Positions 36,377 to 44,018 of a stretch of 64,000 nucleotides of DNA are shown piece after piece (position 1 is the first letter of the stretch; every line of letters begins with the position of its first letter). This DNA is from Mariprofundaceae bacterium (GTDB lineage: Bacteria > Pseudomonadota > Zetaproteobacteria > Mariprofundales > Mariprofundaceae). The stretch lies in NCBI GenBank assembly GCA_015488115.1, contig WFOK01000015.1, positions 14,589 to 78,588 on the forward strand, given 5' to 3'. The translations under genes and the position numbers were made by a program. The notes beneath the pieces are model-generated. The model was given only the letters and a program-made list of their open reading frames with translations. It was not told where the DNA came from and made no database searches.

Positions 36377-36416
36377 ATTGGCTCCGCCGGCCTGCAGGGG
36401 TAGCATCGGAGCCGAT
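36377..36416 (+). promoter_or_regulatory. Hairpin whose 3' arm covers the dnaQ SD and start codon
   Basis: ATTGGCTCCG (36377-36386) pairs with CGGAGCCGAT (36407-36416): 10 bp including one G-U, with a 20-nt loop. The 3' arm contains GGAG and the first two nt of ATG 36415. Confidence 0.3.
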
Positions 36417-37164
36417 GCGATGGGTTGTTCTTGACACGGAAACCACGGGGCTGTCCCCCCTGAACGGAGACCGCATCGTGGAGATCGGGGCCATCGAGGT
36501 TTCCAGGCGCAGCATCTGCCGCGACAAGGTCTTCCATCATTACCTGAATCCGGAACGGGACATCCCCGAAGAGGTGGTGCGCATCCATGGCATCAGCAAT
36601 GACAAGGTCAAGGATGCCCCGGTGTTTGCAGACATCGCGGATGATTTTCTCGCGTTTATCAAGGATGCCACGCTGATCATCCACAATGCCGGCTTCGATC
36701 TCGGTTTCCTGATGCACGAGCTTCAGTTGTGCGGCCGTCCCGACATTGCCTCGGTGCCCGTCATCGACACGTTGGTCTACGCCAGAAAAAGGCATCCCAA
36801 TCAGCGCAACAACCTAGACGCCCTGTGCGACCGCTACGGCATTGAACGCGGCCATCGCAGCCTGCACGGCGCGCTGCTCGACGCCGAACTGCTGGCCGAG
36901 GTCTACCTGGCCATGACGGGAGGCCGGCAGTTCTCGCTAGCCGACGACATGCCGGCAAAGCCGGCCAGAAGCTTCGTTCGCCTGCCCAGTCATCTCGGCC
37001 AGCGCAATGAGCGCGCTGAAACGGCCCCCCTGACCAAGCGCAAGCCGGTTCCGATCAGCGAAGAGGAAATGGCCTCCCATCGGGCCCTGCTGGAGCGCAT
37101 CCACCGGGAAAGCAACGGGCAAACCATCTGGCCCCTGGAGGACGCCCTCCCTCCATCGGCGTAG
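36415..37164 (+). CDS. dnaQ: DNA polymerase III epsilon subunit (3'-5' exonuclease)
   Basis: 249 aa. Exo motifs VVLDTETTGL, IIHNAGFDLGFL and HGALLDAELLAEVY. Confidence 0.93.
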   Translation: MRWVVLDTETTGLSPLNGDRIVEIGAIEVSRRSICRDKVFHHYLNPERDIPEEVVRIHGISNDKVKDAPVFADIADDFLAFIKDATLIIHNAGFDLGFLMHELQLCGRPDIASVPVIDTLVYARKRHPNQRNNLDALCDRYGIERGHRSLHGALLDAELLAEVYLAMTGGRQFSLADDMPAKPARSFVRLPSHLGQRNERAETAPLTKRKPVPISEEEMASHRALLERIHRESNGQTIWPLEDALPPSA

Positions 37165-37195
37165 GCCGGACGCGGGCGGACCCGGCGCCCTCCCG

Positions 37196-38233
37196 TCAGT
37201 CCTGCATGCGCTCGAGATGTTCCAACTCCCAGCGTGCCCGCGCATCCCAGGCGGACGGAAAGCGCATCCGCGCTTGGCAGCGCAACCAGGCTGCATGCGC
37301 AACCATGGCGGCGTTGTCCGTGCAATGCCGGAGATCGGGCACCACAAGCCTGATGCCCGAGGATTGAGCCAGGGCATGCAGACGCTCGCGCAGATAGCGG
37401 TTGGCCGCCACCCCGCCCGCCAGAACCAGATGCCGCACGCCCTGCTGACGGGCCGCACGAACGGCCTTGATGCTGAGCACATCCCCGATGGCCGCCTCGA
37501 TGGCGGCGGCCATATCAAGACGGCACTGCCGCTCGCTCATGTCGAAGTCTCCATCTTTCATGGCATACATGACGGCCGTCTTCAATCCGGAGAAGCTGAA
37601 ATCAAGCCCCCGTTTCAGCATGGGACGGGGCAGGGCAAAGCGGGATGCGTCTCCATCCTGCGCCATGCGTGCGATCTGTGGCCCGCCCGGATAGCCGCAC
37701 CCCAGCAGACGGGCGCACTTGTCGAAACATTCCCCTGCGGCGTCATCCACGGTCTGACCGAGCACCCTGTACCGGCCCAGCCCGTCCACGCGCACCAGCA
37801 TCGTATGCCCGCCAGAAACAAGCAGGCAGATGAACGGAAAGGGAGGCAGGCCTTCCTCGGCCAGACCGGGGGCCAGCAGATGGGCCTCCAGATGATGGAT
37901 GGGGACAAGCGGCACCCCATTCACTGCGGCGGCTCCCCGCGCATACGAGACTCCAACCAGGAGCGCCCCCATCAATCCGGGACCGGCCGTAACCGCCACC
38001 CGCCCGATCTCCGACCAGCGGACGCCGGCCTCCGCCATGGCCTGATCCACCAATGGCGGCAGCGTGCGAACATGTTCGCGCGAGGCGAGCTCTGGCACCA
38101 CACCGCCGAAGCGGGCATGCAGATCGACCTGCGATGCCACCAGATCCGCCAGCAGCCTGGGCTTTTCGCCATCATGCTCAAGCAGGGCGACGGCCGTCTC
38201 GTCGCAGGAGGTTTCGATGCCCAGAATGATCAT
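37196..38233 (-). CDS. tsaD: tRNA N6-adenosine threonylcarbamoyltransferase TsaD
   Basis: 345 aa. GIETSCDET, HHLEAHLL and LAGGVAAN motifs. ATGA overlap with hyuB. Confidence 0.93.
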   Translation of the reverse strand: MIILGIETSCDETAVALLEHDGEKPRLLADLVASQVDLHARFGGVVPELASREHVRTLPPLVDQAMAEAGVRWSEIGRVAVTAGPGLMGALLVGVSYARGAAAVNGVPLVPIHHLEAHLLAPGLAEEGLPPFPFICLLVSGGHTMLVRVDGLGRYRVLGQTVDDAAGECFDKCARLLGCGYPGGPQIARMAQDGDASRFALPRPMLKRGLDFSFSGLKTAVMYAMKDGDFDMSERQCRLDMAAAIEAAIGDVLSIKAVRAARQQGVRHLVLAGGVAANRYLRERLHALAQSSGIRLVVPDLRHCTDNAAMVAHAAWLRCQARMRFPSAWDARARWELEHLERMQD

Positions 38234-39777
38234 CGGGATGTTGGCCCGTCATGCTCGCCGAAACCGCCTCCGCCGGGGGTCTCGATGCGAATCCTTTGTC
38301 CGGGATCGAGCCGCAGCACGACCTTGGCCGGCAATTCTTTCCAGCCCTTCCCGTCAAACAGCAGGTTCCGCCCTTTCCGGCCCGAACCTCCCCCCAGCAA
38401 GCCATAGGGAGCCGAATGCCGCCGTTCGCTGAGCAGGGAGACCATGCTGGGACGCAAGGCCTCCCATTCACGGACAAGACCATGTCCCCCGCGGAACCGG
38501 CCCCTTCCGCCCGAGCCGCGCCGGATGGCATAGCGAACGATGCGAAGCGGATAATGCATCTCCAGCACCTCGATCGAGGTGTTGCGCGTGTTGGTCATGT
38601 GACACTGGACGGCATCCGGGCCGGGCCCGCCTCCATGTGCCCCCATGCCGCCGCCCAGGGTCTCATAGTAGACCCAGTCGTCATCAATGCCGCCAAAGAC
38701 GACATTGTTCATCGTGCCCTGCGCGGCAGCCGCCACCCGTTCGGGGATCGCCTGCGCCAGGGCGCCCAGCACGACATCGACAATCCGCTGGCTGGTCTCG
38801 ACATTGCCGGCGGCGACCGCGGCGCCCTGCGGCGCGCAAAGCAGGCTCGGCTCAGGCACCCGAAGCTGGATCGGACGGAAGATCGCCCCGGTCTGGGGCG
38901 TGTGCGGCGGCATCAGGCAGCGGAACGCATAGTAGACCGCAGCAGCCGTCACCGACAGCGGACAGTTCATCGGACCTTTACTCGCCGGCGCGCTGCCGGA
39001 AAAGTCGACCGTCGCACACTCGCCGTCGATGCACACGCTCGCCCGAATCGGCAGGGGACCATGGCCCGTGCCGTCATCGTCAAGAACATCCTGGAATTCA
39101 TAGCGTCCATCGGGCAGGTCGCGCAGCATGGCCCGGGCATACCCCTCGGAAACGGCGAGCAAGCGCTCAAAAACGCGCTCCAGCTCCGGCCCGCGCCATT
39201 CCAGCAGTCTTCTCCTGCCCAGGGCGCAAGCCGCCCGCTGGGCCTGAAGATCGCCCATGCGCTCATCCGGCGAGCGCATGCGCTTGCTGAACATGGCGAC
39301 CAAGTCCGGACATTCCTCCCCGGCACGGTACCAGTGTGTCGGCGCAATGACGCAGCCCTCATCCGCCAGATGCCGATGGATGCCCATGGATCCCGGCGTG
39401 GTTCCGCCGACATCCGCATGATGCGCGCGACTGACCGCAAAGCCGAGGCATGCTCCGCGAAGGAACACGGGCATCACCATCGTGATGTCCGGCAAATGCG
39501 TGCCGCCCAGAAAGGGGTCATTGAAAACGACGATGTCGCCCTCATGCCAGTCCAGCATGCCGACCACGTCGCGCATGGCATAAACCATGGAGCCCAGATG
39601 AACCGGTATATGCGCGGCCTGCGCCACCAGTTCCCCATGCCGGTCGAACAGGGCACAGGAAAAGTCCTGCCGGTCCTTGATGTTCGGAGAGAGGGCGCAG
39701 CGCTGCAGCACGGCACCCATTTCCTCGCAAATGCTCTCGAGGCGATGCGCCGCCAGGCTCAATTCAACGGCGTTCAT
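38230..39777 (-). CDS. hyuB: Hydantoinase B / oxoprolinase family protein
   Basis: 515 aa from ATG 39777, overlapping the hyuA stop (ATGA). N-terminus ELSLAAHRLESICEEMGAVLQRCALSPNIKDRQDFSCALFD is typical of HyuB. The track N-terminal extension is rejected. Confidence 0.85.
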   Translation of the reverse strand: MNAVELSLAAHRLESICEEMGAVLQRCALSPNIKDRQDFSCALFDRHGELVAQAAHIPVHLGSMVYAMRDVVGMLDWHEGDIVVFNDPFLGGTHLPDITMVMPVFLRGACLGFAVSRAHHADVGGTTPGSMGIHRHLADEGCVIAPTHWYRAGEECPDLVAMFSKRMRSPDERMGDLQAQRAACALGRRRLLEWRGPELERVFERLLAVSEGYARAMLRDLPDGRYEFQDVLDDDGTGHGPLPIRASVCIDGECATVDFSGSAPASKGPMNCPLSVTAAAVYYAFRCLMPPHTPQTGAIFRPIQLRVPEPSLLCAPQGAAVAAGNVETSQRIVDVVLGALAQAIPERVAAAAQGTMNNVVFGGIDDDWVYYETLGGGMGAHGGGPGPDAVQCHMTNTRNTSIEVLEMHYPLRIVRYAIRRGSGGRGRFRGGHGLVREWEALRPSMVSLLSERRHSAPYGLLGGGSGRKGRNLLFDGKGWKELPAKVVLRLDPGQRIRIETPGGGGFGEHDGPTSR

Positions 39778-41717
39778 GCCGCGCTCCGGCTGATCACGAT
39801 ATGGCCATGCTCGACAACCTCCAGGCACCAGCCCGGCCGCAGCCAGAATGTGGACGTATCCTCCAGGACCAGGGCCGGCCCATCCAGGCGCGCGCCGCAT
39901 CCCAAGTGGTCGCGCCGGAATTGCGGAACGCTGCCGAAGCCGACGACATCCGAGTATCCGACGGCGCAGGGCGGGCCGGAGCGCACATGCAGATCGGGCC
40001 ATTGCAGCGTGGGCGTTTCGGCGATGGCCGTCAGGCGCATCGTGACGGCCTCCACCTCCCTGTCCAGCACATGTCCGTAATGCTGTTCATGCAGGCGCTG
40101 GAATTGCCCGACCATGGCGCCCACATCACCTTCAAAGGGCACGGTCAGATGGAAGCCCTGGCCGACATACCCCATCTCACACTGCATCCCGAAACCCAGT
40201 CGCAGGCCGGGCAGTTGCCGCCTGGCGCGGGCCTTGAGCACATCGAACACCTCCTGAAGACGGGCCCCGGCATCCGCGCAACCCAGGGCGATGCGCCGGC
40301 TCAGGGACACGTCGGCCTGTCGCTTGCCCACGATCATGCCCAGCGCCGAGAAGGCGCCGCTGGCCAGCGGCAGCACGATGGACCGGCAGCCGAGCAATTC
40401 GGCAAGCTCGCATGCATGCAATCCGCCCGCGCCGCCAAAGCAGACCAGCGCGAATGCGGACGGATCGTGGCCTTTCTGCACGGACACGACCCTCAGGGCC
40501 CCGAGCATGTGTTCATTGGCCAGATCAATGACGGCCTGCGCCGCCTGCCTCGCATCCAGGCCCAGGGAGCGGCCAAACGGTTTCAGGGCCTCCAGGGCGC
40601 GACCGACATCCAGCGGCATATGGCCGCCCAGGCGAATCCGCGCCGGGATGCGGCCCAGCGCGACATGGGCATCCGTGACGGTCGGCAACCGGCCCCCGCG
40701 TCCATAGCAGGCCGGGCCGGGGTCGGCACCAGCCGACTCAGGGCCAAGCCTGGGCAGTCCGGCATCATCAATCCAGGCGATGGAGCCACCTCCGGCCCCG
40801 ATCGTGTGAATGTCCATCATCGGCACGGCGACGGGCATGTCCGCAATCTTTCCGGCCGTCATTCTGGCCGGCGCGCCGTCAATCAGGGAGACATCGGTGC
40901 TCGTGCCGCCCATGTCAAAGGTCAGCGCCTTCTCCAGGCCGAGCTGCCTGCAGACGGCCTCGGCGGCCACGATTCCGCCGGCCGGACCGGAAAGAACCAG
41001 CTTGACGGCCTGGCGCGCGGCCAGGTCCGCATCCATGACCCCGCCGCCCGAATGCATGATGAAAAAGTGCCGCGGGGCAAGGCGATCGCGAATACGTTCG
41101 AGATAATGGCGCACCAGCGGGCCGACGTACGCATTCAGAAACGTCGTCGACGCGCGCTCGTATTCCCGATGCTCGGCCAGGATCTCGTGGGACAGGGATG
41201 AAAACGTCTCGCCCTGCAGACGCTCGCCGATGCGCCTTTCATGATCCGGATTCAGAAAGGAAAAGAGAAGGCAGACGGCCACGGCATCGTGTTCCCTGGC
41301 GCGCGCAGCAAGCGCCTCCAGCCCCGATGCATCGAGCGCCTGGACCTCGTCTCCTCGCGCGTCGATGCGCCCTCGAATGCCCAGCGTGCTGGCCGGCAAC
41401 AAATGCCGCCTCGATGATGGGCGCAGTGCATACAGTTCCTGCCGCGTCTGTCGGCCGATGGCGAGCAGATCCTCGAAGCCTTCATTGGTCACAAACAGCA
41501 CACGGGCGCCCTTGCGCTCCAGAATGGCGTTGGTGGCCACGGTCGAGCCATGCACCAGATGCAGGCGATTGGCATCAAGCCCCAGTTGCTCAATGCCGCG
41601 GGCTATGGCCCGGAAAGGGTCATCCGGTGTGGAAAGCTCCTTGTGGAAACGCAGGCGGCCCCGCTCCAGTACGACAAAATCCGTGAACGTGCCACCCGTA
41701 TCAACGCCCAGCAACAT
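39774..41717 (-). CDS. hyuA: Hydantoinase A / oxoprolinase family protein
   Basis: 647 aa from ATG 41717 (the track start 41723 is TTG). LLGVDTGGTFTDFV and FDMGGTSTDV actin-like ATPase motifs. Confidence 0.87.
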   Translation of the reverse strand: MLLGVDTGGTFTDFVVLERGRLRFHKELSTPDDPFRAIARGIEQLGLDANRLHLVHGSTVATNAILERKGARVLFVTNEGFEDLLAIGRQTRQELYALRPSSRRHLLPASTLGIRGRIDARGDEVQALDASGLEALAARAREHDAVAVCLLFSFLNPDHERRIGERLQGETFSSLSHEILAEHREYERASTTFLNAYVGPLVRHYLERIRDRLAPRHFFIMHSGGGVMDADLAARQAVKLVLSGPAGGIVAAEAVCRQLGLEKALTFDMGGTSTDVSLIDGAPARMTAGKIADMPVAVPMMDIHTIGAGGGSIAWIDDAGLPRLGPESAGADPGPACYGRGGRLPTVTDAHVALGRIPARIRLGGHMPLDVGRALEALKPFGRSLGLDARQAAQAVIDLANEHMLGALRVVSVQKGHDPSAFALVCFGGAGGLHACELAELLGCRSIVLPLASGAFSALGMIVGKRQADVSLSRRIALGCADAGARLQEVFDVLKARARRQLPGLRLGFGMQCEMGYVGQGFHLTVPFEGDVGAMVGQFQRLHEQHYGHVLDREVEAVTMRLTAIAETPTLQWPDLHVRSGPPCAVGYSDVVGFGSVPQFRRDHLGCGARLDGPALVLEDTSTFWLRPGWCLEVVEHGHIVISRSAA

Positions 41718-41890
41718 GGCCAAAGGCTAACCGCGCCCGGACAGGAAGGCCAAGCCTTGTCCCGGCTCGCCACGTTTCAGCCAGGGCACCTTCCTGCTGC
41801 GGTTAGGGAGAGCTGTTTCAAACGACCAAGCTCAGCCGATGCGAAACCGCGTGGCGGTTGAACGGTCGGCTGGAGCGCCTTGTTGGGCAC

Positions 41891-42988
41891 TTATTTGACG
41901 TTTACTCGTATTGAAGCCCGAATGTTTGGCTGTGCAACCTCAAGGGCCAACTCCAATATCCGCTGAATATTGCTTCGACTGTAGTTTGTTCCCAGCCACC
42001 ATCCTGGAACGAATTCAATAGAGTGTTCTTCTGCTAAATCGGGGTGCCCTGGATAGAGATCTTTTCTATCCCGAGATATGTATCTCCGCTTTTTTCCATG
42101 CTTTCTTGATGCAAACCTCTCAAGGAAACCATCATCAGCTTCCGCCAATAATTGGAAAACCTTAACCATTACCTCTCGCGCCGATCCGGCTTGATATGTT
42201 TTACCGTCAAAGACAAACGAAAAATTCTCTATCGTTCGAGACTGAGTTGTTCTATCGCGCCCTTTCGGTGTGTGTTGTTTAGGTCCGGACATTGGAGGCT
42301 GAGTGGGGGCCACATCCATACCCTGCTTTTGACTGCGAGAAAGAAATTTGCTGCACAAATCCAAATCCGGTTTATAACCACATAGATCTTCTACCTTTTC
42401 GGCGAGCAGTTCCAGCAATAACGAATCTGGTTCTTCAAGCAAAAGTGCCCATGCTCTCGGAAGAGCAGCCTCTATTTCTCTATCTCTGGCCACATTTTGA
42501 TAATCCGAGCGTGCAGCCTTCAGCGCTTCACCAGAACATACCCGTTCGTAACTGAGATATCTTTCAAGTCGATTTGCTGACTCTTCAATATCACGCTCAA
42601 GAAGATCAAGTTTATATACCCTTCGCTCATCATAACGGCCCTGCTCGCCGGGAAGGTAAAAGCTCCATTCTTGCCCGTCTGTCAGGATCGCCATTGGCAT
42701 ACCAAGATGAAAGGCATATTCAAACAACTGCCGATCAGCACCCTCAGAAAGACCAACCTTCTTTACCTCGACGAATACCGATGGACGGCTTGGCGGATGG
42801 CATAGCGCGAAATCGACACGGCGCCCTTCAAGTGAGAACTCAGGAACAACAACATTTGTATCAAATACAGGCCACCCCAGCTCATGCAATGCTGGCAGAA
42901 GAATCCCCTGAGAAACAGCTGCCTCTGAAGTGAATGTACCGCGCCGCAGCCCTTCTCGAATCTTTTCAATGTGGTTTGAAATTGTCAC
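41891..42988 (-). CDS. PD-(D/E)xK nuclease-like protein (HsdR-N/Mrr-type core) with an unassigned C-terminal domain
   Basis: 365 aa from GTG 42988 (SD GAGGGAG 5 nt upstream). The frame stays open to ATG 43090, but the upstream ATGs lack an SD. Ordered motifs SEAAVSQGILLPALHELGW, RRVDFAL, FVEVKK, QLFEYA and AILTDGQEWSFY. A low-complexity linker is followed by an unknown domain of about 110 aa (KHGKKRRYISRDRKDLYPGHPDL, PGWWLGTNYS). Confidence 0.65.
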   Translation of the reverse strand: MTISNHIEKIREGLRRGTFTSEAAVSQGILLPALHELGWPVFDTNVVVPEFSLEGRRVDFALCHPPSRPSVFVEVKKVGLSEGADRQLFEYAFHLGMPMAILTDGQEWSFYLPGEQGRYDERRVYKLDLLERDIEESANRLERYLSYERVCSGEALKAARSDYQNVARDREIEAALPRAWALLLEEPDSLLLELLAEKVEDLCGYKPDLDLCSKFLSRSQKQGMDVAPTQPPMSGPKQHTPKGRDRTTQSRTIENFSFVFDGKTYQAGSAREVMVKVFQLLAEADDGFLERFASRKHGKKRRYISRDRKDLYPGHPDLAEEHSIEFVPGWWLGTNYSRSNIQRILELALEVAQPNIRASIRVNVK

Positions 42989-43010
42989 TGATTCTCCCTC
43001 TGTCTTGTGC

Positions 43011-43127
43011 CTAACAATCCGAATACGAGGAAACTGCATTCCTCGTATTCGCCTCATGCATGTGGATGCATTTTCCTTGATCTTGCGCATTCAAGGGCAA
43101 AAGCGGCACATGTTGCTTCTTTGCCAT
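43011..43127 (-). CDS. Candidate 38-codon leader/small ORF upstream of the nuclease gene (not in the ORF track)
   Basis: AGGAGGAGG (43143-43135), then 7 nt, then ATG 43127. It encodes MAKKQHVPLLPLNAQDQGKCIHMHEANTRNAVSSYSDC and ends at TAG 43013-43011. Translated by hand. Confidence 0.35.
   Translation of the reverse strand: MAKKQHVPLLPLNAQDQGKCIHMHEANTRNAVSSYSDC
43021..43050. repeat. Perfect 12-bp inverted repeat GAATACGAGGAA-N6-TTCCTCGTATTC
   Basis: Read directly. It lies inside the 3' third of the small ORF, 32 nt upstream of the nuclease GTG. Confidence 0.85.
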
Positions 43128-43149
43128 AAGCAGGCCTCCTCCTGCATTG

Positions 43150-43178
43150 ATTATGGAAAACGTCGCGGCAATCCGCAA
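43150..43178 (-). promoter_or_regulatory. Candidate sigma-70 promoter for the islet transcription unit (TTGCGG-N17-CATAAT)
   Basis: On the minus strand, the -35 TTGCGG is at 43178-43173 and the -10 CATAAT is at 43155-43150, 6 nt upstream of the AGGAGGAGG SD. Confidence 0.3.
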
Positions 43179-43400
43179 GCAGGCCGGCGTGGCTGGTTGA
43201 TCGCCCTTCTTCTCGCGCCCCTTTCTGTCCGGGCCAGGTAGCCCGACAAGCGCCTTCCGGCTGTTTGCCCATGGCTCATGAGCGCTGCTGCAACGGCGTC
43301 GATTTTGGTTTTCCCCAATTTGCTTCTATACTGGGACCTGTCCTGTTCTTCCTGCATGAACGGGTCTGGATGTGAAAAGGAGGAATCGGATAGTGCAACC

Positions 43401-44003
43401 ATGAATTGGACGCTTCAAATGTTCAAGCAGATCGCTGCCGGCATCTCGGGCTTTTTCGGCCTGATTGGGGATGTGGCTGATTTTCTTTCTCCCTTTGCAC
43501 CCTATCTGATGGCCCTGTCCGGCGTGAGCATCATTGTCATGCTGTGCCTGAAGTTCTTCACCGAATGGGGGCAGAATCTCTATGCCGCCATCATCTTTGC
43601 CATCTCCGTCTTCCTGGCCAGCGTGGGCCTGCAATTCATGGACGGCAAGCAAGCCGAACAGGAGCTTGCCCGCTACCTGCCCGAGATCGACGGACCGCTG
43701 GCGACCGTCATCACCAAGGCCCAGGGCTTGGCGGACGAATTGCAGAGGGAATACGAGAAAATCGACCAGAAGATGAGTCAGGGAGGAGCGCTGGCCAAGC
43801 GGAAGACGCTCACGGTCGCCGTGGCCTCGGGCAATGTCAGGAAGGCACCCAACCCTTCGTCGGCCATCAGCTTCACCCTGTCACGTGGCACAAGGGTAAC
43901 CATGATCGAGGCTCAGGGAGCATGGTACAGAATCAGCACGGATGACGGACGGACAGGCTGGGCCCACCGGCTCATCTTCGGGGGAAAGGCGCAGCGCCCA
44001 TAG
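43401..44003 (+). CDS. Membrane protein with a C-terminal bacterial SH3 domain
   Basis: 200 aa from ATG 43401. Two or three TM helices. C-terminal SH3b pattern VASGNVRKAPNPSSAISFTLSRGTRVTMIEAQGAWYRISTDDGRTGWAHRLIF. A possible promoter TTGGTT-N16-TATACT lies at 43305-43332. Confidence 0.7.
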   Translation: MNWTLQMFKQIAAGISGFFGLIGDVADFLSPFAPYLMALSGVSIIVMLCLKFFTEWGQNLYAAIIFAISVFLASVGLQFMDGKQAEQELARYLPEIDGPLATVITKAQGLADELQREYEKIDQKMSQGGALAKRKTLTVAVASGNVRKAPNPSSAISFTLSRGTRVTMIEAQGAWYRISTDDGRTGWAHRLIFGGKAQRP

Positions 44004-44018
44004 GCGCGCGCGACGCAA

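Larger units (their letters stand above)
41886..43180. other. Low-GC islet (probable horizontally acquired insertion)
   Basis: Hand counts of five 50-60-nt lines inside give 42-52% GC, versus about 58% for a hand-counted hyuB line and visibly GC-rich flanks. The boundaries are approximate. Confidence 0.6.

Noticed and set aside
41727-41806. A long-range imperfect inverted repeat (CTAACCGCG...CAGGAAGG with CCTTCCTGCTGCGGTTAG) between the nuclease gene end and the hyuA start, considered as a possible sRNA, terminator or attachment site.
   Set aside because: The stems are interrupted, there is no U-tract, and I recognise no similarity to tRNA or tmRNA. The evidence is too weak to call a feature.
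41905-43049. An 8-bp direct repeat CTCGTATT at 41905-41912 and 43042-43049, considered as possible islet boundaries or a target-site duplication.
   Set aside because: Both copies lie inside the coding or leader sequence rather than at the compositional boundaries. An 8-mer match at this distance can occur by chance, and no terminal inverted repeats or recombinase are present.
43054-43402. Minus-strand track ORFs of 72 aa (43054-43272) and 83 aa (43151-43402), considered as possible partners of the nuclease gene.
   Set aside because: Both are Arg/Ala/Gly/Cys-rich with junk-like composition and have no SD. The 38-codon frame with AGGAGGAGG is the only well-supported small ORF here.
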